Source: Minisyncoccota bacterium (lineage in GTDB: Bacteria; Patescibacteriota; Minisyncoccia; UBA6257; 2-01-FULL-56-20). Taken from it: a DNA stretch of 64,000 bases. Location: NCBI GenBank assembly GCA_025449695.1, contig JANWIW010000030.1, forward strand, positions 1,990-65,989, in the 5' to 3' direction. Made by a program: the position numbers and the translations under genes. The notes under the pieces were generated by a model. That model was given only the letters and a program-made list of their open reading frames with translations, ran no database searches and was not told the origin of the DNA. This document shows, piece by piece, positions 9,854-19,256 of the stretch (the stretch's first letter is position 1; each line of letters begins with the position of its first letter).

Positions 9854-11596
9854 CTAGCTCTCTCCCGCCTGTTCCCGCCACATGGCGGCGTAGAGGCCTC
9901 TTTCTCCGAGGAGTTCGGCGTGACTCCCGGACTCCACGACCCTGCCCTGTTCGAGGACATAGATTCGCCGCGCATGCTGGACCGTGGAGAGCCGGTGTGC
10001 CACGAGAATGGTGATGAGTTGCGGCCTGATCCGGGAAACCTCCCGAATAGTCGCAGTGATCTCCCGTTCCGTCAGGGAATCCAGGCTGGAGGTCGCCTCA
10101 TCGAAGATGAGGAGCTCGGGGGCGCGCAAGAGCGCCCGGGCGATCGCCAGGCGCTGGCGTTCCCCGCCGGAGACCTTAATGCCGCCTTCGCCGATCTTAG
10201 TACCGAGCCCTTCCCGCCCCCGCTCCAGGATCGGGAGCGCAGCCGCCTGGCGAAGCACGTTCAGGCACTCTTCGTCGCTCGCGTCCGGCCGGACGAAAAG
10301 GAGATTTTCCCGGATGGTGCCTGCGAAAAGCTGCGTCTCCTGCGCCACCATCCCGATTTTTTTCCTTACCTCGGAGGGATCGATTTCCCTGGCATCGATG
10401 CCATTCAGCAGAAGCTGTCCATTGGTCGGCTGATAGAGGCCTGCAATAAGTTTCAATGCCGTGGTCTTGCCGGAACCAGATGGCCCGACGAACGCGACCT
10501 CTTCGCCCGCCTCGATGCGCAGGGAGACATCGCGCAGCGCAGCTTCATCCCGCGACGCGTACGCGAAAGAAATATTGTCGAATTCAATGGACCGCAGCTG
10601 GCCAAGGAGCTTCGGTAAGTCGGGCCTCTTCTCCGCCGGCATGGTCAGGATTGCTTCAATAGCCTCACCCGACGCTTGTGCCTCCTGGAACTGCGAGGCG
10701 ACGGTACCTAACTCGGTCAGCGGTCCGAATACGAAGAACGAATAGATGAACAGGCTGAAGAACTCCCCCAGCGTGATGGCGCCGCGGAATATGAGCCATA
10801 GCATGAGGAGTAATAGGATTGATCGCATCGTATTGACCAGGCTGCCCTGGATGAAGGACAGTATTCGGACTAGTTTTATCTTCTTCAGTTCCAGGCCGAG
10901 TATCTTCTCATTTGAGGCGTTCAGCCGGCCGATCTCCTGTTCCTCCAGGCCAAGGCTTTTAACGAGCTCGACATTGCGGATCGTCTCCGTAGTGGAGCCG
11001 GCCAGATCGGCGGTTTCTTCCACGATGCTTTTCTGGGCGGCCTTGATCCCCCGGCTGATGTAGAACATGGAAAGGCCGATGATCGGGATCATCGCAAAAT
11101 AGAGCAGCCCTAAGAGCCAGTGCACGGTTATGGCGTACACGACGACGAAAAGTATGCCGACGACCGCCAGGAACACTCCGTTCACCGCGCTTGCGATGAA
11201 GATCTGGAAGTCGGTACGGGCTTTCTGGAGCTTAAGGAGGAGCTCGCCGGAACGCTGGTCCTCGAATACGGCATAGGGCAGAGAGAGGGAATGACCGATG
11301 CTCGTCGCGTAGATCCTCGCGCCGACCCGCTGGGTCACCACGTTCACGTAATAATCCTGGAAATTCTTGGCGATGCGCGAGACGAGGGCTACGCCCATGG
11401 AAGCGAGCACGAGGAGCAGCACGCCATGCAGGAAGGGACCGAAGGCAAGGCTTCCGGCGTGGCTCGCGTAGCGATCCACGATGAGGCGGAATATCTGCGG
11501 ATCGAGCAGGGAAAAGACCTGGTTCACGGACGCGAGGGCGAGCGCTAGGAAAAGGGTCTGTTTGTATTCGCGGATATAAGACCAGATGAGATGCAT
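9854..11596 (-). CDS. ABC exporter, fused TMD and ATPase
   Basis: GPSGSGKT, SGGERQR, DEATSSLD, AHRLST. Confidence 0.93.
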   Translation of the reverse strand: MHLIWSYIREYKQTLFLALALASVNQVFSLLDPQIFRLIVDRYASHAGSLAFGPFLHGVLLLVLASMGVALVSRIAKNFQDYYVNVVTQRVGARIYATSIGHSLSLPYAVFEDQRSGELLLKLQKARTDFQIFIASAVNGVFLAVVGILFVVVYAITVHWLLGLLYFAMIPIIGLSMFYISRGIKAAQKSIVEETADLAGSTTETIRNVELVKSLGLEEQEIGRLNASNEKILGLELKKIKLVRILSFIQGSLVNTMRSILLLLMLWLIFRGAITLGEFFSLFIYSFFVFGPLTELGTVASQFQEAQASGEAIEAILTMPAEKRPDLPKLLGQLRSIEFDNISFAYASRDEAALRDVSLRIEAGEEVAFVGPSGSGKTTALKLIAGLYQPTNGQLLLNGIDAREIDPSEVRKKIGMVAQETQLFAGTIRENLLFVRPDASDEECLNVLRQAAALPILERGREGLGTKIGEGGIKVSGGERQRLAIARALLRAPELLIFDEATSSLDSLTEREITATIREVSRIRPQLITILVAHRLSTVQHARRIYVLEQGRVVESGSHAELLGERGLYAAMWREQAGES

Positions 11597-11613
11597 AGAA
11601 AAGTTTCTAGTTC

Positions 11614-12198
11614 CTAGTTTCTAGTTTCTAGATGATACGGGTCGCGCTTTTTATAGAGAATGAGGCTATAAACGCCTGTCGTTACAATCGCGCCATAGAT
11701 ATTCAGCATCTCGTCGTCCACCGTGTCCGGCCCATCGCCGAGCTGTTTTTGGTAGTGGAGGTAATGGACATCGGTCATATATTCCTGAAACTCGTACAAC
11801 ACGCCTGCGAAGGCAGCCATAAGGACGGCAAGAGCGAATATTCCGAGAGTGACTTTTTTGAACGCAAGCCAATCCTTCCGTACCAAGTCGTGCACGACCC
11901 GCGCGGCCACGAGCCCGGCCACTGCGCCTCCTAAGAAATGGAGCAGCCGGTCCCAGTTGTCGAAGCGCGAGTAGAGATGGAACATATCCGAACTGGCGTC
12001 GAGAAGCACCATGCCGAACACTATCAACTTGAGCCACCAGGGCAGGCGCAGAAGCTCGATGATAAGCCATATCCCGCCCACCGTGAGCATGAGCCCCAGC
12101 CAGCTGTAATCAGGAGTGATCTCAAAGATCACTCCATACCGCGCCAGGATCTCCATCACGAGAAGTCCTAGAAATAATATGCGGATAATCCAACGCAT
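11614..12198 (-). CDS. Membrane protein (DUF2238-like)
   Basis: Multi-TM protein; WDRLLHF, YEFQE and DTVDD conserved-looking motifs. Confidence 0.65.
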   Translation of the reverse strand: MRWIIRILFLGLLVMEILARYGVIFEITPDYSWLGLMLTVGGIWLIIELLRLPWWLKLIVFGMVLLDASSDMFHLYSRFDNWDRLLHFLGGAVAGLVAARVVHDLVRKDWLAFKKVTLGIFALAVLMAAFAGVLYEFQEYMTDVHYLHYQKQLGDGPDTVDDEMLNIYGAIVTTGVYSLILYKKRDPYHLETRN

Positions 12199-12228
12199 GG
12201 GATCAGGATGAAGGAATGATCATGAAAA

Positions 12229-12696
12229 TCAGTGAAGCTCGGCCATCTCCCGGATCGAATAATCAAGTACCTTATCCCCCTCCCCGAACCTGAAACTGCC
12301 CTCGAAGCGCTTGCCTTCAAAAAACAACGGCAACCAGTAACGGTCATCGGGCCACATCTCATCGTAAGGCACATCGGTACGGGCAAACCATTGCGGGCGC
12401 ATCTCCTCCGTCTCTTCCGGTTCTCCGGAAAACTCTGTCACGCGGAAGACGTGGACTTCCATATGGAACTTCTCCGGCGAATCGAAGTCCAGGACGCCAA
12501 CCTTATGCATTGTGACGGCATTGAGCCCCGATTCCTCTTTAAATTCCCGACGAGCGGTCGCCTCGATATTTTCTCCTTCCAAGACTTTCCCGCCGAAGCC
12601 ATTCCAACGGCCAGCCCCAAAGCTGCGCTTCTTGAAGCCCAGAAGAATCTTATCGCCGCGTTCCGCTAGGCAAAGAGTAGCGACCGTTTTCTCCAT
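12229..12696 (-). CDS. NUDIX hydrolase, MTH1-like 8-oxo-dGTPase
   Basis: WNGFGGK..GE...TARREFKEESG, MRPQWF, MWPDD. Confidence 0.88.
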   Translation of the reverse strand: MEKTVATLCLAERGDKILLGFKKRSFGAGRWNGFGGKVLEGENIEATARREFKEESGLNAVTMHKVGVLDFDSPEKFHMEVHVFRVTEFSGEPEETEEMRPQWFARTDVPYDEMWPDDRYWLPLFFEGKRFEGSFRFGEGDKVLDYSIREMAELH

Positions 12697-12773
12697 ATCC
12701 TTCAGTGTAGCATTTACCATGACTATATTAATTTAAGTCCGGCATGACATAGATCAGAATAAATGCGCGGACA

Positions 12774-12844
12774 TGCCATTCCCGCGAAGGCGGGAATTGA
12801 TTAGAGCGATGCTGGAGTGGATTCCCGCCTTCGCGGGAATGGCA
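12774..12844. repeat. REP-like inverted doublet
   Basis: TGCCATTCCCGCGAAGGCGGGAAT and its reverse complement. Confidence 0.85.
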
Positions 12845-12858
12845 AGGCTAAATCTACT

Positions 12859-13371
12859 TTAAGAAACCGGAAACATCTTCAGATAAACCTCGCGGAGCAG
12901 GCGGGCATCGTCCAGGGCGTGATGGCGCCTGTATTTGGCAGGTTCTATGCCGATCTCCTTACAGAAGCCGGCCTGCTCGTTGTGATAACTTCTCGGGTCC
13001 TTGCCGATCGCGAAGAGCATCGACGCGAAATCTATGGGCAGCCAGAGAAAAGGGTTCTCTTCCCCGACGAACAGCTTATAGAGATAGATCGCGTCGTATT
13101 GATTTACGTAAGAGATCATGAAGGGCTTGCGCTCGCCCACAAACTCCGCGATGCGGCGCCGGACCTCGCCTCGCGCAAGCTTCGGCTGATCGAGGGTGGC
13201 AAGAATGTTCTCCCGCACCCAGTCGCTCACCTCCCCGGCATGCTCCAGTTCCAAATAGAGCTCTTGCCCGTCCGCCTTCACCATTCCGACGGAAAGCAGC
13301 TCGCCTTTATAGGGGTCGAGATCGGAGAATTCAGTATCGACGAAAACAACATTACCGGAGGCTACCTTCAT
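12859..13371 (-). CDS. DEDDh 3'-5' exonuclease family protein
   Basis: DTEF, YD and HHALDDA motifs. Confidence 0.8.
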   Translation of the reverse strand: MKVASGNVVFVDTEFSDLDPYKGELLSVGMVKADGQELYLELEHAGEVSDWVRENILATLDQPKLARGEVRRRIAEFVGERKPFMISYVNQYDAIYLYKLFVGEENPFLWLPIDFASMLFAIGKDPRSYHNEQAGFCKEIGIEPAKYRRHHALDDARLLREVYLKMFPVS

Positions 13372-13416
13372 GATGCTGTATCTTACCCTTGTGTCATAGG
13401 ACGTTTTCCATCGACC

Positions 13417-16020
13417 CTATTTCCTCATGAGCTTCTGGTGTTCTTCGGTATTGAGCATCCCGCACTTCTTCCACTTTTTGCCCGAGCCGCAGGGGCAAGG
13501 ATCGTTCCGCCCGATCCCCGCAGGAGCTCCACCTGAAGGAATCGCGGGAGCCATGGTGATGACGTTGCCTTGGGGCGCTCCCGCGGGCGCCGCATTGGCA
13601 AGCTTAAATATGTTCGAAAAAGTCCATTCATCGAAGTTCCGCCACAGCGCATCGAAAAGCTTCCGGGATTCCTCGCGATACGCGACCAGTGGATCATGTT
13701 GAGCGTAGGCCCGGAGGCCGATGGATTCCTGGAGCGCTTCCAGGTCATCCAAATGGTTCATCCAGAGAAGATCGAGGAGCTGCAGCAGCCGCCCCGTCGT
13801 CTGGGGGTCCACCGCCGCTTCCACGCTGCGCTTCACGAGCGCATCCCGGAAATCCTCCCCGGCCTCCCAATCGGCGCTTATCTCTAAAGGAATAATACTC
13901 GCCTCGGCCGCCAGTTGCCGGGCGGTCTTAGGGGGCTCTTCGCCCTCGGTCTCCGGCTGGTCCACCGGCCCGGCGATGGATTGGAGATGGGAGTACGCCG
14001 CGTCGAAGATGATCTGTCCGAGCGTCTCAGGATTCATCGCGGTCAGGATGTTTTGCCGACGGCGATAAGCGGCTCCGCGCTGCTTGTTCAGTACGTCATC
14101 GTAATCCAGGAGGTGTTTGCGCATGTCGAAGTTCGCGCCTTCCACCTTGGCCTGGGCCTGGGCTACGGTGCCGGAGATCATCCGGTTCTGGATGGGCTGG
14201 TCCTCGGGGATGTCCAGGCGGTCCATGACTCCCTTTAGGCGTTCTCCTCCGAAGATCCGCATCAGGTCATCCTCAAGAGAGAGGAAGAACTGTGAAAAAC
14301 CGGAGTCGCCCTGGCGTCCCGCGCGGCCGCGCAGCTGGTTGTCGATGCGGCGCGCCTCGTGGCGCTCGGTGCCGATCACGCAAAGGCCTCCCGCCTCCCG
14401 GACCTTGGCCGCCTCGTCAGGATCGGCAGGATTGCCGCCGAGGATGATGTCCACGCCGCGGCCGGCGATGTTCGTCGCGACCGTCACTCTGCCCGGCCGG
14501 CCGGCCTGGGCGATGAGCGCGCCTTCCTCTTCATTCTTTTTCGCGTTCAGGAGATTGTGCGGGACATGCGCGCGGTGGAGCATTTCCGAGAGGGCCTCGT
14601 TTTTCGAAATTGAGGTTGTGCCGACCAGGACCGGCTGGCCCTTCTCGTGCCGCGCTTTGATCTCCTGGACAACCGCCTGCCATTTGCCGTTCGCGGTCTT
14701 ATAGATGAGGTCTTGAGCGTCCACCCGCGCAGTAGGGCGGTTCGGCGGTATGGTCGCAACTTCCAGCTTGTACACCTTATGGAACTCTTCGGCAGAGGTC
14801 TGGGCAGTACCGGTCATGCCCGCAATCTTCTTGTACATCCGGAAGTAGTTCTGGATGGATATCTTGCCGTAGGTGCGGGATTCGTCCTGAACCTTGACCC
14901 CCTCCTTGGCTTCGATGGCCTGGTGCAGACCGCCATTATAGCGGCGGCCGTGGAGCATCCGTCCCGTGAACTCGTCCACAATGATCACCTCGCCGTTCCG
15001 CACCACGTAGTCGCGGTCGAGCTTGAAGAGCGCCTTAGCCTTGAGGCACTCCTCCAAGTAATGGACCAGACGCAGATTTTCCGGAGCGTAGATATTCGGG
15101 ATGCCGGCCATCCGTTCCACCTTCTCGATGCCGGAGGCGGTGATGAGCACGGACTTCCGTTTCTCGTCCAGCTCGTAATCCTCATCCTGCACGAGACCCG
15201 CCACGAGCCGGGTAAAGGTTTTATAGTGATCACTCGACTCGGTGTCCGGGGCGGAGATGATGAGCGGAGTACGGGCCTCGTCGATCAGGATCGAGTCCAC
15301 CTCGTCTATAATGGCGTAAACATGGCCGCGCTGGACCTGCTGAGTAAGGCCGTAGGCAAGGTTATCGCGAAGATAATCGAAGCCGAACTCGTGATTCGTG
15401 CCGTAGGTGATGTCCGCGAGATAAGCCTCGCGGCGGGAAATGGGCCGCAGGAACTCCTGTTGGACCCGGAAGCTCCCGGTCTGGTCGCGTTCCGTGTCCG
15501 CCAGAACTTCTCCTTCCGGAGGGATCTTCCAATCCGGATCATAAAGGAAGGCCGCGTTCGGCACGAGACAGGCCACGGAGAGCCCCAGGGCGCGGTAGAT
15601 CTGTCCCATCCACACGGCGTCGCGGCGGGCCAGATATTCGTTTACGGTCACCACATGGACCCCTTCCCCTCCCAGGGCATTCAAGTACGCGGGAGCGACG
15701 CCGGCAAGGGTCTTACCTTCGCCGGTACCCATTTCTGCCACGCCGCCGCGATGGATGATGAGCCCGCCCATGAGCTGCACGTCGTAGGGACGCTGCCCCA
15801 GCGTCCGCTTTGCGGCCTCCCGGCCCAGCGCGAACGCGTGCGGCAGGATATCATCCAGGGACTCGCCCCCTTTTAAGCGCTCTTTAAGCCTGGAACTCTC
15901 TCCGGCAAGGTTGGCACTTGACAAATTTGAAACCTCGCCCTCAAGAGCGTTCACTTCGGCAACCACGCCCTCCAGCCGGCCCAAGGCGCGGCGGCGGAAT
16001 AAATCATCGAAAATCGCCAT
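13417..16020 (-). CDS. secA: Preprotein translocase subunit SecA
   Basis: MGTGEGKT, DEVDSILIDEARTPLIIS, QLRGRAGRQGD, SEC-C tail GRNDPCPCGSGKK. Confidence 0.98.
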   Translation of the reverse strand: MAIFDDLFRRRALGRLEGVVAEVNALEGEVSNLSSANLAGESSRLKERLKGGESLDDILPHAFALGREAAKRTLGQRPYDVQLMGGLIIHRGGVAEMGTGEGKTLAGVAPAYLNALGGEGVHVVTVNEYLARRDAVWMGQIYRALGLSVACLVPNAAFLYDPDWKIPPEGEVLADTERDQTGSFRVQQEFLRPISRREAYLADITYGTNHEFGFDYLRDNLAYGLTQQVQRGHVYAIIDEVDSILIDEARTPLIISAPDTESSDHYKTFTRLVAGLVQDEDYELDEKRKSVLITASGIEKVERMAGIPNIYAPENLRLVHYLEECLKAKALFKLDRDYVVRNGEVIIVDEFTGRMLHGRRYNGGLHQAIEAKEGVKVQDESRTYGKISIQNYFRMYKKIAGMTGTAQTSAEEFHKVYKLEVATIPPNRPTARVDAQDLIYKTANGKWQAVVQEIKARHEKGQPVLVGTTSISKNEALSEMLHRAHVPHNLLNAKKNEEEGALIAQAGRPGRVTVATNIAGRGVDIILGGNPADPDEAAKVREAGGLCVIGTERHEARRIDNQLRGRAGRQGDSGFSQFFLSLEDDLMRIFGGERLKGVMDRLDIPEDQPIQNRMISGTVAQAQAKVEGANFDMRKHLLDYDDVLNKQRGAAYRRRQNILTAMNPETLGQIIFDAAYSHLQSIAGPVDQPETEGEEPPKTARQLAAEASIIPLEISADWEAGEDFRDALVKRSVEAAVDPQTTGRLLQLLDLLWMNHLDDLEALQESIGLRAYAQHDPLVAYREESRKLFDALWRNFDEWTFSNIFKLANAAPAGAPQGNVITMAPAIPSGGAPAGIGRNDPCPCGSGKKWKKCGMLNTEEHQKLMRK

Positions 16021-16331
16021 CAGTGCTCGGTACGGTATTTCTCGATCTCGTGATGCAGCTTGTCCCGGACCGCATCTATGGCGGCATGGGCGTCCTCGTG
16101 CGTCTCCTCCGCATGCAGGTTTTTCTTGGGAAGGATGAGATCGGCAGCGGCCCGAAAAACCTCTCCTTTATGATGATGCGCGGTAGCACGCTCGATCGTG
16201 GCCTTTAGCTCCAGGGCGCCCAGTTCTTCGTAGCGCTCTATGAATTTATCAAGGGATCCGAGCTTTTGCCGGATATAAGTGTCCAAACTGCCCGTTAAAT
16301 CAAGGTTTTTCGCGGTTATATCGATATGCAT
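16020..16331 (-). CDS. hpf: Ribosome hibernation factor HPF/RaiA
   Basis: MHIDITAKNLDLT..YI..KL, AAIDAV..KL; stop overlaps the secA ATG. Confidence 0.88.
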   Translation of the reverse strand: MHIDITAKNLDLTGSLDTYIRQKLGSLDKFIERYEELGALELKATIERATAHHHKGEVFRAAADLILPKKNLHAEETHEDAHAAIDAVRDKLHHEIEKYRTEH

Positions 16332-16424
16332 GATCCGAATAGTATACCTTTTTCCCAAGAAAAAATGAAATTGCCGGAGGGCAATTTCATCTCGAGGCAG
16401 CAATCGAAAGCTCTCTTCCAAAGA

Positions 16425-16446
16425 CCAACCCCCTTTCGGGGGTTGG
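16425..16446 (-). terminator. Terminator-like hairpin after the Lys-rich small ORF
   Basis: CCAACCCCC-GAAA-GGGGGTTGG followed by TCTTT on the minus strand. Confidence 0.65.
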
Positions 16447-16453
16447 AGAGAAG

Positions 16454-16516
16454 CTAGATCCGCTTCTTCGAAGACTTCTTGGCAGTCTTCTTCTTCGCAG
16501 CCTTTTTCTTTGCCAT
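16454..16516 (-). CDS. 20-aa Lys/Ala-rich small basic protein
   Basis: MAKKKAAKKKTAKKSSKKRI*; A-rich upstream region, own promoter and terminator. Confidence 0.7.
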   Translation of the reverse strand: MAKKKAAKKKTAKKSSKKRI

Positions 16517-16633
16517 TGTTTTATTTTCGTTTTTTATTTTACATTGGGTTGCCGACCACCCCAATGCGTATCAGATGCGCGAAAATAATTATTTAAAAAA
16601 TTTTTCGCGCCTCTTACCACTTCTTACCTCTAA

Positions 16634-16677
16634 ATTATATCACGTTTCGCACGAAAAATGCCCCAGGCTGTGGATAA
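16634..16677 (-). promoter_or_regulatory. Extended -10 promoter with upstream DnaA-box match
   Basis: TGATATAAT (16642-16634); TTATCCACA at 16677-16669. Confidence 0.55.
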
Positions 16678-16713
16678 TTCGCCGTGATGCGTAAATAGAG
16701 ACGCATAGCGGCG

Positions 16714-17652
16714 TTACGATTCCTCCCAATGTAAAAGCTCTACCTCTTCGGTTAGGCGTATCGAAAATTTCTTTCGCACCTCATGCTTCACGAGCGACAT
16801 GAGCGCGACAACATCCTTCGCGCTCGCTTCGCAGACGTTCACAATGAAGTTGGGATGCTTCACTGAGATCATTGCCCCGCCAAAGGACACTCCGCGAAGC
16901 CCCGCCTGGCTCACGAGGCGCGCCGTGGGGATGACGGGAATGGGGTCAGTCTTCACGTTGCGCACGAGCTCTTTCCTGCGGGATCTCGGGATCTCGTCTA
17001 CGGGAACATTCTTGAAAATGCTGCCGATATTCGGGTATTCCAGGGGGTGGCGGGAATGCCGGTACTCCACTTTTTCCCGGATGCCGGCCCGGATCGCTTT
17101 GCGTTCGCCGGGCTTCAGTGAGAAGACCGCCTCGACGATCACCTCTTTTCCATTCCTTTCCTTAAAGATGCTCGACCGGTAATTGAAGCGGCACGCATTT
17201 TTTTTACGAACGGCTATTTTACCCGTACGGACATCTATACTCTTCACCCGGACGATCGAGTCCTTGGTCTCGCCGCCGAACGCTCCCGCATTGCCGCGGA
17301 TCGCTCCGCCGAGCGTTCCGGGCAATCCGCCGGCCCACTCCAACCCGGAGAGAGCCTCTTTCGCGGTGAATTCGAGAAGGTCGGATATGGACACGCCCGC
17401 TCCGGCGGTGACTATATTGCCCCGCCGCGTGAGCGTCATGACATCCGGCTTGAGGACGAAACCGCCGAAACCCTTGTCGGGGATCAATAAGTTCGTACCG
17501 CCTCCGAGAATAAAAAGCGGCGCCTTCAATCGCTTCGCCTCCTTCAGTCCCCTGCGGATGTCGCTCGTGGTCTTGGCACGCCAAAAGAAGCGGGCCGGAC
17601 CCCCGATCTTATAACTCGCATAGGCGCTTAAGGAAACATTCTCTTGCAGCAT
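16714..17652 (-). CDS. murB: UDP-N-acetylenolpyruvoylglucosamine reductase
   Basis: KIGGPA, GGGTNLL, NAGAFG, YRSS, GSIFKN, HPNFIVN. Confidence 0.95.
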   Translation of the reverse strand: MLQENVSLSAYASYKIGGPARFFWRAKTTSDIRRGLKEAKRLKAPLFILGGGTNLLIPDKGFGGFVLKPDVMTLTRRGNIVTAGAGVSISDLLEFTAKEALSGLEWAGGLPGTLGGAIRGNAGAFGGETKDSIVRVKSIDVRTGKIAVRKKNACRFNYRSSIFKERNGKEVIVEAVFSLKPGERKAIRAGIREKVEYRHSRHPLEYPNIGSIFKNVPVDEIPRSRRKELVRNVKTDPIPVIPTARLVSQAGLRGVSFGGAMISVKHPNFIVNVCEASAKDVVALMSLVKHEVRKKFSIRLTEEVELLHWEES

Positions 17653-18189
17653 AATCAACAAGTCTGTCTTCAAAAGAACAGGCTCCCCGGCAAGCTGCGG
17701 ATTTCGCCCGCGGGCGTGCTGTAAATAACGGTCTCTCCCGGCGCAGGCCGGATCCTGTGGATTTTTCGCCTCAGCGGGTCGCAGACAGCAGCCTCTTCAG
17801 CAGTATAGCCGTACGGCTGTAGTGTGGAGACTTTGTTTCTCGGCGGGCTGCAAATGGTGACCTCCTTTGTTTGTTGGTAAATGAGTGCTCTCTTCGCAGC
17901 CCGTCCAGAAACCAAGTGAAGGCCTTGCCCGCAATCCGCCGGGTCGCGATGTTCCGCGACCCGCTGAAGCGAAAATTGTAAATGAAAAGGATGCACGCCC
18001 TATCCCAACCCACGGAAGATCCGTACCGGCTCATCTTACCACACCTCGGGCAATACAAGACCCGCCGGGCGCGCAAGCGTGGCATCCAAGAAACCAAAAT
18101 CCCCCGTGAGGGGGATCCGGCCAAACAAAAGGATAGGATTTTCCTTAACCGTATGACCGCCTAAGGACGATCCACACTCATTCGCAGCC

Positions 18190-18219
18190 ATTGTAGCACA
18201 GAAGGCCTTACAAAGTCAA
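18190..18219 (-). promoter_or_regulatory. Sigma70-type promoter
   Basis: TTGACT-N18-TACAAT with TGn extension. Confidence 0.5.
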
Positions 18220-18252
18220 CTCCCTTCAGAAAGCCGCTTCTTTCCTCTCTGT

Positions 18253-18291
18253 CTGCCACTCCGGAAGCCAGCAGGCTATCCGGAATGGCAG
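18253..18291. repeat. REP-like hairpin
   Basis: CTGCCACTCCGGA...TCCGGAATGGCAG. Confidence 0.55.
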
Positions 18292-18360
18292 GTCCGAGTA
18301 AAGCCCCCGATCTGCAAGGAAAAGAAAGTGTGACTCTTACCTCTTATCCCTCCAGCACCT

Positions 18361-18999
18361 TCATAACCTCGCCACATCGGGCTTTGGACGGAACACAAAA
18401 TACTTATAACCCAGAAAGTTCCACAGGAAGGACACGCCGATGCCTATGAGCACCCCCAGGTTCGCCCAGAGATTTTCGCCAATCGTGTCCGGTCGCGGCA
18501 GGAAATTCACGAAGCTCCCCGCAGCGGCTACATTCAAGGCCCAGCCAATGCCCGCGATGACATAGAAGCTGAACGCCGCCTCCGCACTGGTCTTATTGTG
18601 AGAATCAAAGGTCCAGAGCTTGTTCCAGAAAAAGCTGTTCGTTGTCGCCCCAAAGAAGGATATAGCCTTGAAGAGCACGTAAGCCGATCCCGCGGCTATG
18701 CCGGTGAACGCGATAAGGAGGTTTACGATGCCGATATCGATCATGCTATTCAGGGTCCCTACCGCGGCGAACTTCGCGAACTGGTAAAGCACGGACCACA
18801 GTTTGCCGAGAAGGTGCGCGATGAAGAGCGCGAGCGGAGCAAGGATCAGGAAGAAAAAAAAGAGGCCAATGCGGACCATAGGGGTCACCGCGAGGCCCGC
18901 CTGGACGATGGTCGTCTCGAGTGTCGAAAGGAGCGGCTGCACCAAAAGTCCTACCAGGGCGCCGATGAGTATAATAAGTCCCAGATCTTTTTTGCTCAT
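18361..18999 (-). CDS. GtrA family membrane protein
   Basis: QFAKFAAVG..N, SFFWNKLWTF, WNFLGYKYFVF. Confidence 0.88.
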   Translation of the reverse strand: MSKKDLGLIILIGALVGLLVQPLLSTLETTIVQAGLAVTPMVRIGLFFFFLILAPLALFIAHLLGKLWSVLYQFAKFAAVGTLNSMIDIGIVNLLIAFTGIAAGSAYVLFKAISFFGATTNSFFWNKLWTFDSHNKTSAEAAFSFYVIAGIGWALNVAAAGSFVNFLPRPDTIGENLWANLGVLIGIGVSFLWNFLGYKYFVFRPKPDVARL

Positions 19000-19020
19000 G
19001 ACATATATTGTACCAAAGGC

Positions 19021-19047
19021 GAAACGCGTCCTTTGGGAACGCGTTTC
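19021..19047 (-). terminator. Hairpin closing the ncRNA transcript
   Basis: GAAACGCGT/ACGCGTTTC stem directly 3' of the ncRNA. Confidence 0.6.
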
Positions 19048-19049
19048 AT

Positions 19050-19222
19050 ATGGACGGCATGACAGGTCTCGCGAAAAGGGCGGGTGCGAAACCAGGTCCG
19101 ATCGGGCAAGAAGGATTCAAGAAAACGGAGTGTTCGGGCTTATAGCGCCCGAATAATCTTCCAAAACGGTCTAGCACTCAAGGAAGGCACCTCGGACATC
19201 GAACCCTTGCCACGCCGTCGTG
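19050..19222 (-). ncRNA. Rod-shaped ncRNA, 6S RNA candidate
   Basis: 5' GACGGCGTGGCA pairs with 3' TGTCATGCCGTC (G-U pairs only on the minus strand); GTCCGA/TCGGAC; apical TTCGGGC/GCCCGAA; promoter and terminator; no credible ORF. Confidence 0.6.
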
Positions 19223-19227
19223 GATCT

Positions 19228-19256
19228 ACAGTACGTCTTTTAAATAAGTTAGTCAA
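19228..19256 (-). promoter_or_regulatory. Sigma70 promoter of the ncRNA
   Basis: TTGACT-N17-TACTGT. Confidence 0.6.

Noticed and set aside
14647-15876. 409-aa + strand ORF, and similar long ORFs at 20541, 28823, 39027 and 49636
   Set aside because: Antisense shadows of real GC-rich genes such as secA, the S41 protease and the hybrid kinase; no recognisable motifs.
16520-16630. Known raiA-motif RNA upstream of hpf
   Set aside because: The leader is short and AT-rich with two simple hairpins, and it is separated from hpf by an ORF and a terminator. I cannot match it to that motif without an Rfam search.
16669-16677. Replication origin
   Set aside because: I saw only a single DnaA box, with no box cluster and no dnaA/dnaN nearby.
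17670-18124. ComF-like gene expected near hpf/secA
   Set aside because: Only an isolated CPRC; no PRPP-binding DDVxTTG motif in the listed ORFs.
19050-19222. tmRNA, RNase P RNA or SRP RNA identity for the ncRNA
   Set aside because: No tRNA-like ends, no GAGGAAAGTCC, and no SRP helix-8 motif; the length fits 6S better.
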